Sequence record: PQ100635.1
Length of the DNA: 64,000 bases
Strand: one strand, 5' to 3'
From: Escherichia phage PNJ-9
In this document: piece by piece, positions 46,766-55,762 of the stretch
Layout: each line of letters begins with the position of its first letter
Numbering within the stretch: position 1 is the stretch's first letter
Notes under the pieces: generated by a model
What the model was told of the DNA's origin: nothing
What the model saw: the letters and a program-made list of their open reading frames with translations, nothing else
Databases searched by the model: none
Position numbers and translations under genes: made by a program

Positions 46766-47926
46766 ATGAATACCTTTAAAATCGGAACGAATTTTGATTT
46801 AGCTCTTCTTGATAAAATCGTAGAGCTCAATAAAACTTATCCTAATAGCTTGATAAACGAAGTATACGGCTCTACCAGAGAAATGGCTTTTGTAGCAGCC
46901 AGACCTGATTTTAGGCTTCCTGACGTTGACAAAAAGATGTTAGAAGATTACGTTAAACGTTGTAACGAATTAGGTATTTGCTTTAACTATACACTCAACA
47001 CGATAAATCCTGGTTCAAAAAGAGAACTAGTTGAGTGGAAGAAGAAAGCTATTCAGGATTATGTTCAGTATCTTTGGTCAATAGGCGTATGGCGTATTAC
47101 TATCGCTAACCCTGTTGTTATGGAAATTGTTCGTGAAGTCAATAAAGACATTGAGATTGAAGTTTCAACAATTCTACATGTCGATGCTGTAACTCAAATC
47201 AAATACTTGCATGACCAATATAATATCAAAAAGGTCTGCTGTGGAATTCATAAGAACCGTTCAGTTTCTTTCCTGAAGCGTGCAGCAGAGTTTTGTAATA
47301 AGAACAATATAATATTTGAAGTTCTTGTAAATGAGTTCTGTTCTAATGCTGGTAAAGGGTATACAACACATTGTAGCTATCGTGACTCTTGCTATATTTT
47401 CCATAGCACCGATGTTACAGTAGATGATGCTAAATCCTTAAACGGATATCCAATGCAGCACTGTATTAAAGCTCGTGATACAGACCCATTTAACTGGTTG
47501 AGAACTCGTTTTGTTCGTCCTCAAGATTTGAAACTTTATAATGATATTGGTATCACTCAATTCAAAGTTTCAGGACGTACAGGTAGCACAGACTACATTT
47601 TGAAAGTTCTTGAAGCTTATGCTTCCGAAAAATTTGAAGGTAATTTGTTGGAATTGTGGAAGCCTTTAGAGACCATTTTCACTCTTGAAAATGAGACCGA
47701 GTTTTCACATACGGTAAATATTGAAACCTCTTTGTTAGATGGCTTTTTAGAAAAAAGGTGGTTCAGACATCCAGATTTCGATTGTGCTAATGAAATCTGC
47801 GGGACGACGTGTACATATTGTGAAAGATATTATAAACGTCAATTATCTAAAAACGGGTTAGCAGAAAACTCTATATCTATTATTGATATAACTAACTCTG
47901 ATGACGCTTTGAGGTACCCGGAATGA
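46766..47926 (+). CDS. Cys-rich protein of unknown function (candidate metal/Fe-S enzyme)
   Basis: 386 aa; C-terminal CANEICGTTCTYC (Cx4Cx3Cx2C) plus Cys pairs; no family assigned. Confidence 0.6.
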   Translation: MNTFKIGTNFDLALLDKIVELNKTYPNSLINEVYGSTREMAFVAARPDFRLPDVDKKMLEDYVKRCNELGICFNYTLNTINPGSKRELVEWKKKAIQDYVQYLWSIGVWRITIANPVVMEIVREVNKDIEIEVSTILHVDAVTQIKYLHDQYNIKKVCCGIHKNRSVSFLKRAAEFCNKNNIIFEVLVNEFCSNAGKGYTTHCSYRDSCYIFHSTDVTVDDAKSLNGYPMQHCIKARDTDPFNWLRTRFVRPQDLKLYNDIGITQFKVSGRTGSTDYILKVLEAYASEKFEGNLLELWKPLETIFTLENETEFSHTVNIETSLLDGFLEKRWFRHPDFDCANEICGTTCTYCERYYKRQLSKNGLAENSISIIDITNSDDALRYPE

Positions 47927-48066
47927 TTTCTAGAAAAACTTTTAACCACCAACTTAACGAAGAGATTTTGACTATGAAAATTAACAGCAACGAACAAATT
48001 CTTAAAAAGGCCCTGATGGGCCTTTTTAAAACTAAAGCGGCTAAAGTGATTAAAGAACCTGTTTAA
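47923..48066 (+). CDS. possible small ORF (47 aa), not on ORF track
   Basis: ATGA overlap with upstream stop; contains a terminator-like hairpin, so may be non-coding. Confidence 0.25.
   Translation: MISRKTFNHQLNEEILTMKINSNEQILKKALMGLFKTKAAKVIKEPV
48009..48027 (+). terminator. terminator-like hairpin in 47927-48204 gap
   Basis: GGCCC-TGAT-GGGCC flanked by A-run and T-run. Confidence 0.45.
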
Positions 48067-48160
48067 TTGGAATACTACGCTGATGCATTTCTTCATAGTG
48101 TTCTTGGAAGTATCGATGCTGAAGCTTTACGTTATATCAACATTGTCAAGAAATTCAAAT

Positions 48161-48185
48161 AAGCTTTACGAATTGAGTATATAAT
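48161..48185 (+). promoter_or_regulatory. middle-promoter-like element upstream of 42-like gene
   Basis: AAGCTTTA, 11 bp, TATAAT. Confidence 0.45.
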
Positions 48186-48204
48186 AAATTGTATTGAGGT
48201 AAAC

Positions 48205-48921
48205 ATGGGAAAACATAACACAATGAAATATATCAAAGCCGCAGATTTTCAAACCGCATTTAAAGCAGTCAATCGTGAAATTTTAGAAAACCCGGAATTC
48301 GTAACTGATTCTCGTATTGGACGTTGTAATGAAATTGGGTCTATGACAGTAGTTGTTGATACCCCTTCATCATTCAAAATGACCGACCCACGTATTAACC
48401 GCATCTCTTATGAATATGCCGAAGACTTCTGGAAATTTATGATTTCTGGTGGTACTGATGCAGAAGAAGCATTTAAGGCATATCCTAATGTCGCTAAATT
48501 TATTTCTAAACCAAAATCAGATGCTTTGCCTGCGAACTTCAACACTTTCTATGGTCCTCGCATTGCGGCCCAATTACCAACTCTTCTAAAAGAACTTAAA
48601 GAGAAACCTAACTCTCGAAGAGTTGTGTTCCAAATTCTAGAAAGTTCTGATCAGGCTTTGCTTGATTCGGATGAAACGCTTGAATATCCATGTACTGACT
48701 CAGTGACTTATTATATTCGTGATGGTAAGCTTTATACCCACTGTCATATGCGTTCTCAGAACTGTGCTGTTGTTATGCAGTTGGATTTTTATCTCCAAGG
48801 AAAATTACTTCATTATATCGCTAACGAATGTGGTGTAGAAGTTGGTGATTATACTCATACCATGGTAAGTGCCCATGTGTTTGAACGTGATTTTGATTAT
48901 GTTAAAGGATTCCTTGACTAA
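48205..48921 (+). CDS. 42: thymidylate-synthase-fold pyrimidine hydroxymethylase (divergent gp42-like)
   Basis: PNSRRVVFQI, catalytic-Cys segment PCTDSVTYYIRD, MRSQN...DFY align to T4 gp42; much more divergent than neighbours. Confidence 0.65.
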   Translation: MGKHNTMKYIKAADFQTAFKAVNREILENPEFVTDSRIGRCNEIGSMTVVVDTPSSFKMTDPRINRISYEYAEDFWKFMISGGTDAEEAFKAYPNVAKFISKPKSDALPANFNTFYGPRIAAQLPTLLKELKEKPNSRRVVFQILESSDQALLDSDETLEYPCTDSVTYYIRDGKLYTHCHMRSQNCAVVMQLDFYLQGKLLHYIANECGVEVGDYTHTMVSAHVFERDFDYVKGFLD

Positions 48922-49820
48922 TGGCTATTTTCCGCGTACCTATCTTGAGTATGCGGTCTTATGAAACTGGTCAGTATGCTATCCTTAAGGATGGCAACTT
49001 CCAACTTCATTTGCACCGTGCTAATCCAGGTGATGTAATTACATATCCACGTAATGCATCTGATATTAAAGAATGTGAACGTCTTTTCCCAGAATTTAAG
49101 TTTGTTCCATTATGGTATAAAGATAACGCATATAACACTCGTAAATATTTCTGGTCTGAAAATGAATTTGTGGTTGATTCATTAATTGCTTATTATGATT
49201 GTGATTTTCTAATCACAGATATCACTGGATATGACGGCGCTTTTGATGTGGAATTCAATTTCAATATCACTGCAGACCCTAATAAACCACGTTTTTATAT
49301 TGACGAATTCTTAAAAACCGATATGTTGTCGGTTAATCGTTCACTTCAAACTACTGTGTTGAATAAACGTCAAAAGGAAGTGCTGGTTAACGCTGGTGCC
49401 GATGGTAATAAGATTATCGTAACCCAGAAAGTTATACGTCCTTCCATCATGCAGCGTCTTGTAGGTGATTTGGCTCCTATTCATCTAGATGGTATTTTTC
49501 ATCCATTTCGAATTAGTGACCCGTGCTATCGTTTTGAACAAGTGGTTGAATGTGCAATTCAATTAGGTCAACCGCTTTATATAACCGATCCAAATAATAG
49601 CTTCGACAGAAATAAGTATCCTGAAGAAGCGCTGATTCGAATTTTTAAACCAACTAAAACTGAGTACTATCAAATTCTTAAAGGACGTCCGAAGATTCAA
49701 TATTTCGAAAATCCTGAAGAAGTATTTCATCCAGGTCTTGGCGAGTTCATCTACTTTAACGCTTTAATTTCTTCGCCGTATAATATACCTAAATATGAAG
49801 ATGTTGTAATCGAGGAATAA
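48921..49820 (+). CDS. hypothetical protein at beta-gt locus (candidate DNA sugar transferase)
   Basis: 299 aa; TAATG overlap with 42-like; no similarity to T4 beta-gt noted. Confidence 0.55.
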   Translation: MAIFRVPILSMRSYETGQYAILKDGNFQLHLHRANPGDVITYPRNASDIKECERLFPEFKFVPLWYKDNAYNTRKYFWSENEFVVDSLIAYYDCDFLITDITGYDGAFDVEFNFNITADPNKPRFYIDEFLKTDMLSVNRSLQTTVLNKRQKEVLVNAGADGNKIIVTQKVIRPSIMQRLVGDLAPIHLDGIFHPFRISDPCYRFEQVVECAIQLGQPLYITDPNNSFDRNKYPEEALIRIFKPTKTEYYQILKGRPKIQYFENPEEVFHPGLGEFIYFNALISSPYNIPKYEDVVIEE

Positions 49821-49821
49821 A

Positions 49822-50370
49822 ATGGCTAAAATTATTTTAGTAGATGGCCCGGATAATGCTGGTAAAACAACTTTCATTAATGACATAATGGAAATTAGTG
49901 AAAGATATGTAAAGATTGATTTCCCTAAACGAACAGTTGATGGACGTTTCGATGTTAAGTCTCGAAATGAAGTTGGCTGTTTCGAAACGATGTTGAATTA
50001 TTTAGACCCTACTAAGATTTATCTGTTAGACCGTGGATATATTAGTAACTGGGTTTATGGACGTATTCGACAAGATGCGGACTCGGTTCTTGACGTTTAT
50101 GAACAGGATTATGTTCGTCTTTGCCAAAACCATGATGTGTTCACAATTATTTTAACACGTAACGAAATGACTGAAAGTTTTGAAGACGACCTTATTACTT
50201 TGTCTTCGTTCGGTTTTAATACAGTCATTTCATATTTTGAAGAGTTTGCAATTCATAACGAAATCCAAACGTATCAATTACTTAATCATGATGGTGCTAA
50301 CAAAGTTATAGGATTTAATGCAAGCGAACGTAATAATTTGATTACAGAAATTATCAAATGGGCTCGTTAA
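49822..50370 (+). CDS. thymidylate-kinase-like P-loop nucleotide kinase
   Basis: P-loop VDGPDNAGKTT and DRGY (DRY-like) motif. Confidence 0.6.
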   Translation: MAKIILVDGPDNAGKTTFINDIMEISERYVKIDFPKRTVDGRFDVKSRNEVGCFETMLNYLDPTKIYLLDRGYISNWVYGRIRQDADSVLDVYEQDYVRLCQNHDVFTIILTRNEMTESFEDDLITLSSFGFNTVISYFEEFAIHNEIQTYQLLNHDGANKVIGFNASERNNLITEIIKWAR

Positions 50371-50469
50371 GAGCCTGTTTAAAGTTTTAAATGCTGTATA
50401 ACCCTTAGTATATAATCGTCTTATCTTTTAAACATGAGTAAAATATAATGATGCCTATGGAAAAATACA

Positions 50470-51642
50470 ATGTCTGATTTAAAATCTCGTCTGATTAAAG
50501 CTTCTACTTCTAAAATGACTGCAGACTTGACTAAGTCTAAGCTGTTTAATAATCGTGATGAAGTCCCTACTCGTATTCCGATGTTGAATATTGCATTAGG
50601 TGGTGCACTGAATGCCGGGTTGCAATCAGGCTTAACTATTTTTGCTGCTCCTTCTAAACACTTTAAAACGTTGTTTGGACTGACCATGGTTGCAGCATAT
50701 ATGAAGAAATATAAAGATGCAATCTGTTTGTTCTATGATTCAGAATTTGGTGCTTCAGAATCTTATTTTCGTTCAATGGGTGTTGATTTAGACCGTGTAG
50801 TTCATACACCAATTCAGTCAGTCGAACAACTTAAAGTTGATATGACTAATCAGCTTGACGCGATTGAACGCGGTGATAAAGTTATTATCTTTATCGATTC
50901 AATCGGTAATACTGCATCTAAGAAAGAAACTGAAGATGCATTGAACGAGAAAGTTGTAGGTGATATGTCTCGTGCTAAGGCACTTAAATCTCTTTTCCGT
51001 ATTGTGACCCCGTATCTGACTATTAAAGATATTCCGTGTGTTGCAATTAACCATACCGCAATGGAAATTGGCGGATTGTATCCTAAAGAGATTATGGGCG
51101 GTGGTACAGGTATTCTTTATTCTGCTAACACTGTATTCTTTATCTCTAAACGTCAGGTTAAAGAAGGTACAGAATTGACCGGTTACGACTTCACGTTGAA
51201 AGCAGAAAAATCTCGTACAGTTAAAGAGAAATCTACTTTCCCGATCACGGTTAATTTCGATGGTGGTATCGACCCATTCAGTGGCTTGTTAGAAATGGCA
51301 ACTGAAATTGGTTTTGTAGTTAAGCCTAAAGCTGGTTGGTATGCTCGTGAATTCCTTGACGAAGAAACAGGTGAAATGATTCGTGAAGAAAAATCATGGC
51401 GTGCTAAAGCTACTGATTGTGTAGAATTCTGGGGACCGTTGTTTAAACACAAACCTTTCCGAGATGCAATTGAAACTAAATATAAACTAGGTGCTATCTC
51501 TTCTATTAAAGAAGTTGATGACGCTGTTAACGACCTTATTAATTGCAAAGCAACAACTAAAGTTCCGGTTAAAACTTCTGATGCTCCGTCTGCAGCAGAT
51601 ATAGAAAACGACCTTGACGAAATGGAAGATTTCGATGAATAA
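50470..51642 (+). CDS. uvsX: recombinase UvsX (RecA-like)
   Basis: 390 aa; MSDLKSRLIKAST...; RecA-fold P-loop; acidic C-terminus. Confidence 0.95.
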   Translation: MSDLKSRLIKASTSKMTADLTKSKLFNNRDEVPTRIPMLNIALGGALNAGLQSGLTIFAAPSKHFKTLFGLTMVAAYMKKYKDAICLFYDSEFGASESYFRSMGVDLDRVVHTPIQSVEQLKVDMTNQLDAIERGDKVIIFIDSIGNTASKKETEDALNEKVVGDMSRAKALKSLFRIVTPYLTIKDIPCVAINHTAMEIGGLYPKEIMGGGTGILYSANTVFFISKRQVKEGTELTGYDFTLKAEKSRTVKEKSTFPITVNFDGGIDPFSGLLEMATEIGFVVKPKAGWYAREFLDEETGEMIREEKSWRAKATDCVEFWGPLFKHKPFRDAIETKYKLGAISSIKEVDDAVNDLINCKATTKVPVKTSDAPSAADIENDLDEMEDFDE

Positions 51643-51976
51643 TCTCGATGATTTAAATCTAGAAATCGTTGATGAATCCCCTTCTTCGGAAGGGGAAGAC
51701 ATTCGCAAAGAACGAGTGTTTAATGAATCTCTTAAAATTATCCGTTCAGCAATGGAAAATGTCATTCAAGAGATTCTGATTACGCTTGAAGATGGTTCTC
51801 ATCATATAGTCTATATTACAAAACTAGACTGGGTTGATGGTAAAATCGTAATGGACTTTGCAGTTCTTGACCAGGACAGAAAAGCAGAACTTGCACCGCA
51901 TGTTGAAAAATGTGTTACAATGCAAGTACAACAAGCTTTTAATGAACGGACCAAGAAAAAATTTAAATTCTTTTAA
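51635..51976 (+). CDS. 40: gp40-like protein
   Basis: ATGAATAA overlap with uvsX stop; position between uvsX and 41 as in T4. Confidence 0.55.
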   Translation: MNNLDDLNLEIVDESPSSEGEDIRKERVFNESLKIIRSAMENVIQEILITLEDGSHHIVYITKLDWVDGKIVMDFAVLDQDRKAELAPHVEKCVTMQVQQAFNERTKKKFKFF

Positions 51977-51985
51977 GGAGTTATC

Positions 51986-53428
51986 GTGGTAGAAATTATT
52001 TTGTCTCATCTAGTATATGACCAGGCTTATTTTTCTAAGGTCTGGCCTTATATGGATTCTGAGTATTTTGAGCGTGGACCGGCAAAAAACGTCTTTAAAA
52101 TTATAAAGAGCCACGTTAACGAATATAATGCAATGCCGTCTATCAACGCATTAAAGGTGGCTTTAGATAACAGTTCTTTAACTGAAGCCGAATATAAAGG
52201 AACTTCAGATCTAATTGAAAAATTGGCTGATACTCCTGAAGACCACGAATGGTTGGTTAAAGAAACTGAGAAATATGTCCAGCAAAAAGCGATGTATAAT
52301 GCTACATCCAAAATCATTGAGATTCAGTCTAATGCTGAACTACCTCCAGAACAACGTAACAAGAAAATGCCTGACGTAGGAGCTATTCCTGATATTATGC
52401 GTCAAGCACTTTCAATTTCGTTTGATAGTTATGTTGGGCATGACTGGATGGAAGACTATGAAGCACGCTGGCTTTCTTATCTGAACAAAGCACGTAAGGT
52501 CCCGTTCAAATTAAACATTCTGAATAAAATCACTAAAGGTGGTGCTGAAACCGGTACACTGAATGTTTTAATGGCTGGTGTTAACGTTGGTAAATCTTTA
52601 GGCCTTTGTTCACTTGCTGCAGATTATCTTCAAACAGGTCATAATGTTCTTTATATTTCCATGGAAATGGCTGAAGAAGTTTGTGCTAAGCGTATAGATG
52701 CAAACATGCTTGACGTATCACTTGATGATATCGATGATGGTAACGTATCTTATGCCGAATATAAAGCCAAGATGGAAAAATGGCGTTCAAAATCCACATT
52801 AGGACGTTTAGTAGTTAAACAGTATCCTACTGGTGGAGCTAATGCTAATACATTCCGTGCATTGCTTAATGAATTGAAACTCAAGAAGAACTTTGTGCCA
52901 TCTGTAATCATGGTTGATTACTTAGGTATTTGTGGGTCTTGTCGTATCAGAGTTTACACTGAAAATAGCTACACATTAGTTAAAGCTATCGCAGAAGAAC
53001 TTCGTGCATTAGCAGTAGAATCTGAAACAGTTCTATGGACTGCAGCTCAAGTAGGACGTGCAGCATGGGATGCTTCGGATATGAACATGAGCGATATTGC
53101 AGAATCAGCAGGTTTACCAGCAACGGCAGATTTCATGTTGGCCGTAATTGAAACCGAAGAACTTGCACAAGCTGAACAACAACTTATCAAACAAATCAAA
53201 TCACGATACGGTGATAAGAATAAGTGGAATAAATTCCTGATGGGTGTACGTAAAGGCAACCAGAAATGGGTTGAGATTGAGCAAGAAGGCATGAACACAC
53301 CTAACACAGTAAATGAAAACGCAGGTGCTCAGATGCGTCAGGCAGAGGTGAATCGTACGGAACGCGTAGGTAAAGCCAAAACAACCCGTGCTGACCTAGA
53401 TAGCTTAGCCAATGAGTTAAAATTTTAA
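51986..53428 (+). CDS. 41: replicative helicase gp41 (DnaB-like)
   Basis: MVEIILSHLVYDQAYFSKVWPYMDSEYFE...; Walker A GVNVGKS; apparent GTG start after AAGGAG. Confidence 0.95.
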   Translation: MVEIILSHLVYDQAYFSKVWPYMDSEYFERGPAKNVFKIIKSHVNEYNAMPSINALKVALDNSSLTEAEYKGTSDLIEKLADTPEDHEWLVKETEKYVQQKAMYNATSKIIEIQSNAELPPEQRNKKMPDVGAIPDIMRQALSISFDSYVGHDWMEDYEARWLSYLNKARKVPFKLNILNKITKGGAETGTLNVLMAGVNVGKSLGLCSLAADYLQTGHNVLYISMEMAEEVCAKRIDANMLDVSLDDIDDGNVSYAEYKAKMEKWRSKSTLGRLVVKQYPTGGANANTFRALLNELKLKKNFVPSVIMVDYLGICGSCRIRVYTENSYTLVKAIAEELRALAVESETVLWTAAQVGRAAWDASDMNMSDIAESAGLPATADFMLAVIETEELAQAEQQLIKQIKSRYGDKNKWNKFLMGVRKGNQKWVEIEQEGMNTPNTVNENAGAQMRQAEVNRTERVGKAKTTRADLDSLANELKF

Positions 53429-53433
53429 TAAAA

Positions 53434-53453
53434 AGGAGACTTCGGTCTCCTTT
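53434..53453 (+). terminator. intrinsic terminator after gene 41
   Basis: GGAGAC-TTCG-GTCTCC then TTTCGGGGTTT. Confidence 0.55.
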
Positions 53454-53516
53454 CGGGGTTTACATCTCCCTCTAGGCATGATATGATGTACTTACACTAA
53501 CCGAGAGGAAAACATT

Positions 53517-53891
53517 ATGAATATGTCTCAAGCAATTTTTACTGCAATCACCGAAAACACAACTGTTGAAGTAGTTTCTCCGCTGGCAACCTACGTTATT
53601 CTTGCTCCTAAAACTATTGTATCTCGTATGGAAAACATGGGCAAACGTATCGTACAAATTGTTGGAGCCGGAAATCAAAAACTTGATTATCTGCGAACCA
53701 TCAAAGCTTATGAACATTTCCAACTCGAAAAAGGTTCTCCTATCCAGGTAGAACTCGTAAATGGTGATATCGTTCGAGCAATGTTCCATCATTTCTATGC
53801 ATTGAATGACCCATCTAAAGCAGTTCGTTTAATTGCATACGACGCAAACCAAAACGAAATCAACGCAGATGTATCTAAATTACGTTTTTAA
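53517..53891 (+). CDS. hypothetical protein
   Basis: GAGAGGAAA upstream. Confidence 0.6.
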   Translation: MNMSQAIFTAITENTTVEVVSPLATYVILAPKTIVSRMENMGKRIVQIVGAGNQKLDYLRTIKAYEHFQLEKGSPIQVELVNGDIVRAMFHHFYALNDPSKAVRLIAYDANQNEINADVSKLRF

Positions 53892-53941
53892 GTTTACTTC
53901 TCCAGTAGTTGTGTTATTATAGACTTATCAACTACTGGAGA
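53892..53941 (+). promoter_or_regulatory. early-promoter-like cassette with 13-bp inverted repeat
   Basis: GTTTAC, 17 bp, TATTAT; IR TCTCCAGTAGTTG/CAACTACTGGAGA. Confidence 0.5.
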
Positions 53942-53946
53942 ACAAA

Positions 53947-54264
53947 ATGAAAACCATCGATTGTAAAGCAGAATTTAAGATTTTTTATCACGGTTCAAGT
54001 AGTTCAGCTAACATCGAAAACATGCTTTGTCCTCCTGAGGAAACAGGAGTTCTGTCTGAAACTGGACGTAAGAAAAACTTGGATCGTGTATTCTTTACTG
54101 AAGATATCGGTTTAGCAAAGATTTATGCAGGACGAGCAGCACGCTCTTATGGAGGTGAACCACGTCTCTATCGAGTAATTTCTCCGGTAGACGTAGTTCA
54201 AATGAATAATACTAAAGGTGCTACAGTTTATCACGCTGAATGGGCATTTTGCGAGGAAATATGA
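53947..54264 (+). CDS. hypothetical protein
   Basis: ORF track; downstream of promoter cassette. Confidence 0.6.
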   Translation: MKTIDCKAEFKIFYHGSSSSANIENMLCPPEETGVLSETGRKKNLDRVFFTEDIGLAKIYAGRAARSYGGEPRLYRVISPVDVVQMNNTKGATVYHAEWAFCEEI

Positions 54265-54452
54265 GCAAATTAACTAAAGTTACTTTTATCGGTTGGTTTA
54301 AAAGCGGCGAGATGTTCACTAAAGATATCATGTTATCAGGTGACCGTGAAGAAATCGAGTGGGTTACGGTACAACTTGCTGAAGTGAACAAAGCATTAGT
54401 TAAAGCATTTGTTAATGACGAGAAAGTTTTTGAAGCTGATTTCAGAGGATAA
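54261..54452 (+). CDS. hypothetical protein
   Basis: ATGA overlap. Confidence 0.5.
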   Translation: MSKLTKVTFIGWFKSGEMFTKDIMLSGDREEIEWVTVQLAEVNKALVKAFVNDEKVFEADFRG

Positions 54453-54453
54453 T

Positions 54454-54666
54454 ATGTATTCAACTGTGTTTAAACCATCAACATACGAATTTGCATCAAC
54501 TACACAATGGAAAGCTCTTATTCTGGAAGGATGGGAACTAATGATGGACTGTGAAGCATCTGAAAAGTTTCCACACGGCAAAGTGGACTTCGTTAAATTT
54601 GCTGTACGTCCGACTAAACGACAGATTCGTCAAGAAAAACGCAAATTTCGCAAAAGTTTAAAATAG
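54454..54666 (+). CDS. small basic protein, RPTKRQ-tail family
   Basis: C-terminus VRPTKRQIRQEKRKFRKSLK. Confidence 0.5.
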   Translation: MYSTVFKPSTYEFASTTQWKALILEGWELMMDCEASEKFPHGKVDFVKFAVRPTKRQIRQEKRKFRKSLK

Positions 54667-54668
54667 AT

Positions 54669-54698
54669 GTTTACAAGCATCGCATACTGTGTTACTAT
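54669..54698 (+). promoter_or_regulatory. early-promoter-like element
   Basis: GTTTAC, 18 bp, TACTAT. Confidence 0.45.
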
Positions 54699-54726
54699 CT
54701 TTCTATCAACTACAGAGGAAATTGAA

Positions 54727-55095
54727 ATGAAAAAATTAATCGCTTTAGCAATGGTATTTGGATTAACCGGATGTGGTGCCCACGGCTTTATCCCTAATAA
54801 CGTTGGCCAACTGATTTACAATCCGAATGTTAAACAGTATGACCAACCTAAAGTTGAAGTGGAAGACCCGGTTACTGTAGGTAATCGAATGATTCAAGCT
54901 GATGCCCATGCTCAACGTTATCGTGACTCTGATACTGTAGCATTATCAAAAGAACAACGCGTTAAAGAACATTGTCTACAGGCTACTGAAATCGCATTCA
55001 TTCGCTATGTTGAAACAACTGGTAAAGAGCCTACCCAGAAACAAATCGCGAATAACTACGTCCGGTGTATTGAACGTTTAAACAAATTTAATTAA
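54727..55095 (+). CDS. lipoprotein
   Basis: Signal peptide with lipobox LTGC. Confidence 0.6.
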   Translation: MKKLIALAMVFGLTGCGAHGFIPNNVGQLIYNPNVKQYDQPKVEVEDPVTVGNRMIQADAHAQRYRDSDTVALSKEQRVKEHCLQATEIAFIRYVETTGKEPTQKQIANNYVRCIERLNKFN

Positions 55096-55155
55096 TTGGT
55101 TACACCAAAGTTAAAACAAGATATTATAAACATAACAAATCAAGAGGAAATTAAC

Positions 55156-55404
55156 ATGGAATTATTCGTAGCTAGTTCAGTAGCAGTTTTAATCGCAGGT
55201 ATTGGTTCAATCGTCATTTATATGTTGCCTTGGGTAATCGCACTTATTCGTGGCACAAAAAGCACAACAGCAATCTTCTTTGTATCTTTACTCTTTAACT
55301 GGACGATGATTGGTTGGATTGGAACTTTAATTTGGTCTATCGTTGCCGAAAAGAAATCTGCTCAGCAGCCTCAACAAGTAATTATTATTCGCGAAAAAGA
55401 ATAA
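55156..55404 (+). CDS. small membrane protein
   Basis: Two TM helices. Confidence 0.55.
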   Translation: MELFVASSVAVLIAGIGSIVIYMLPWVIALIRGTKSTTAIFFVSLLFNWTMIGWIGTLIWSIVAEKKSAQQPQQVIIIREKE

Positions 55405-55407
55405 AGT

Positions 55408-55441
55408 TGTTTACATTATAGATGGACTATGGTATAGTAGT
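55408..55441 (+). promoter_or_regulatory. early-promoter-like cassette with inverted repeat
   Basis: GTTTAC, 19 bp, TATAGT; IR GGACTA/TAGTCC. Confidence 0.45.
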
Positions 55442-55467
55442 CCTATCAAATCAACTAAGGAGTTAAA

Positions 55468-55761
55468 ATGAAAAAGTTATCATTGGCAGCAATCTTACTT
55501 GCGGTATCATGTGCACCAGCTCCAGTTACAGCAGGTTATGATAAAGACCTCTGTGAGTGGTCAATGACTGCAAATCAAGAAGATGTTGAACAACAAATCT
55601 TCTCTGATATCATGAACATCACTAAACGAGACCGTCCTAATATGGTTAATAAAGTTGTTGAACAACTTAAGTCTGGTGGTATTATGCAGTACAATTATGT
55701 TTTGTATTGTGACCCTAATTTCGATAACAAAGATATCGTAACCGAAATCACAGGTGAATAA
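55468..55761 (+). CDS. periplasmic protein, spackle (Sp)-like by size and synteny
   Basis: 97 aa with signal peptide MKKLSLAAILLAVSCAPAPVTAG; between 41 and 61 as T4 sp. Confidence 0.5.
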   Translation: MKKLSLAAILLAVSCAPAPVTAGYDKDLCEWSMTANQEDVEQQIFSDIMNITKRDRPNMVNKVVEQLKSGGIMQYNYVLYCDPNFDNKDIVTEITGE

Positions 55762-55762
55762 T

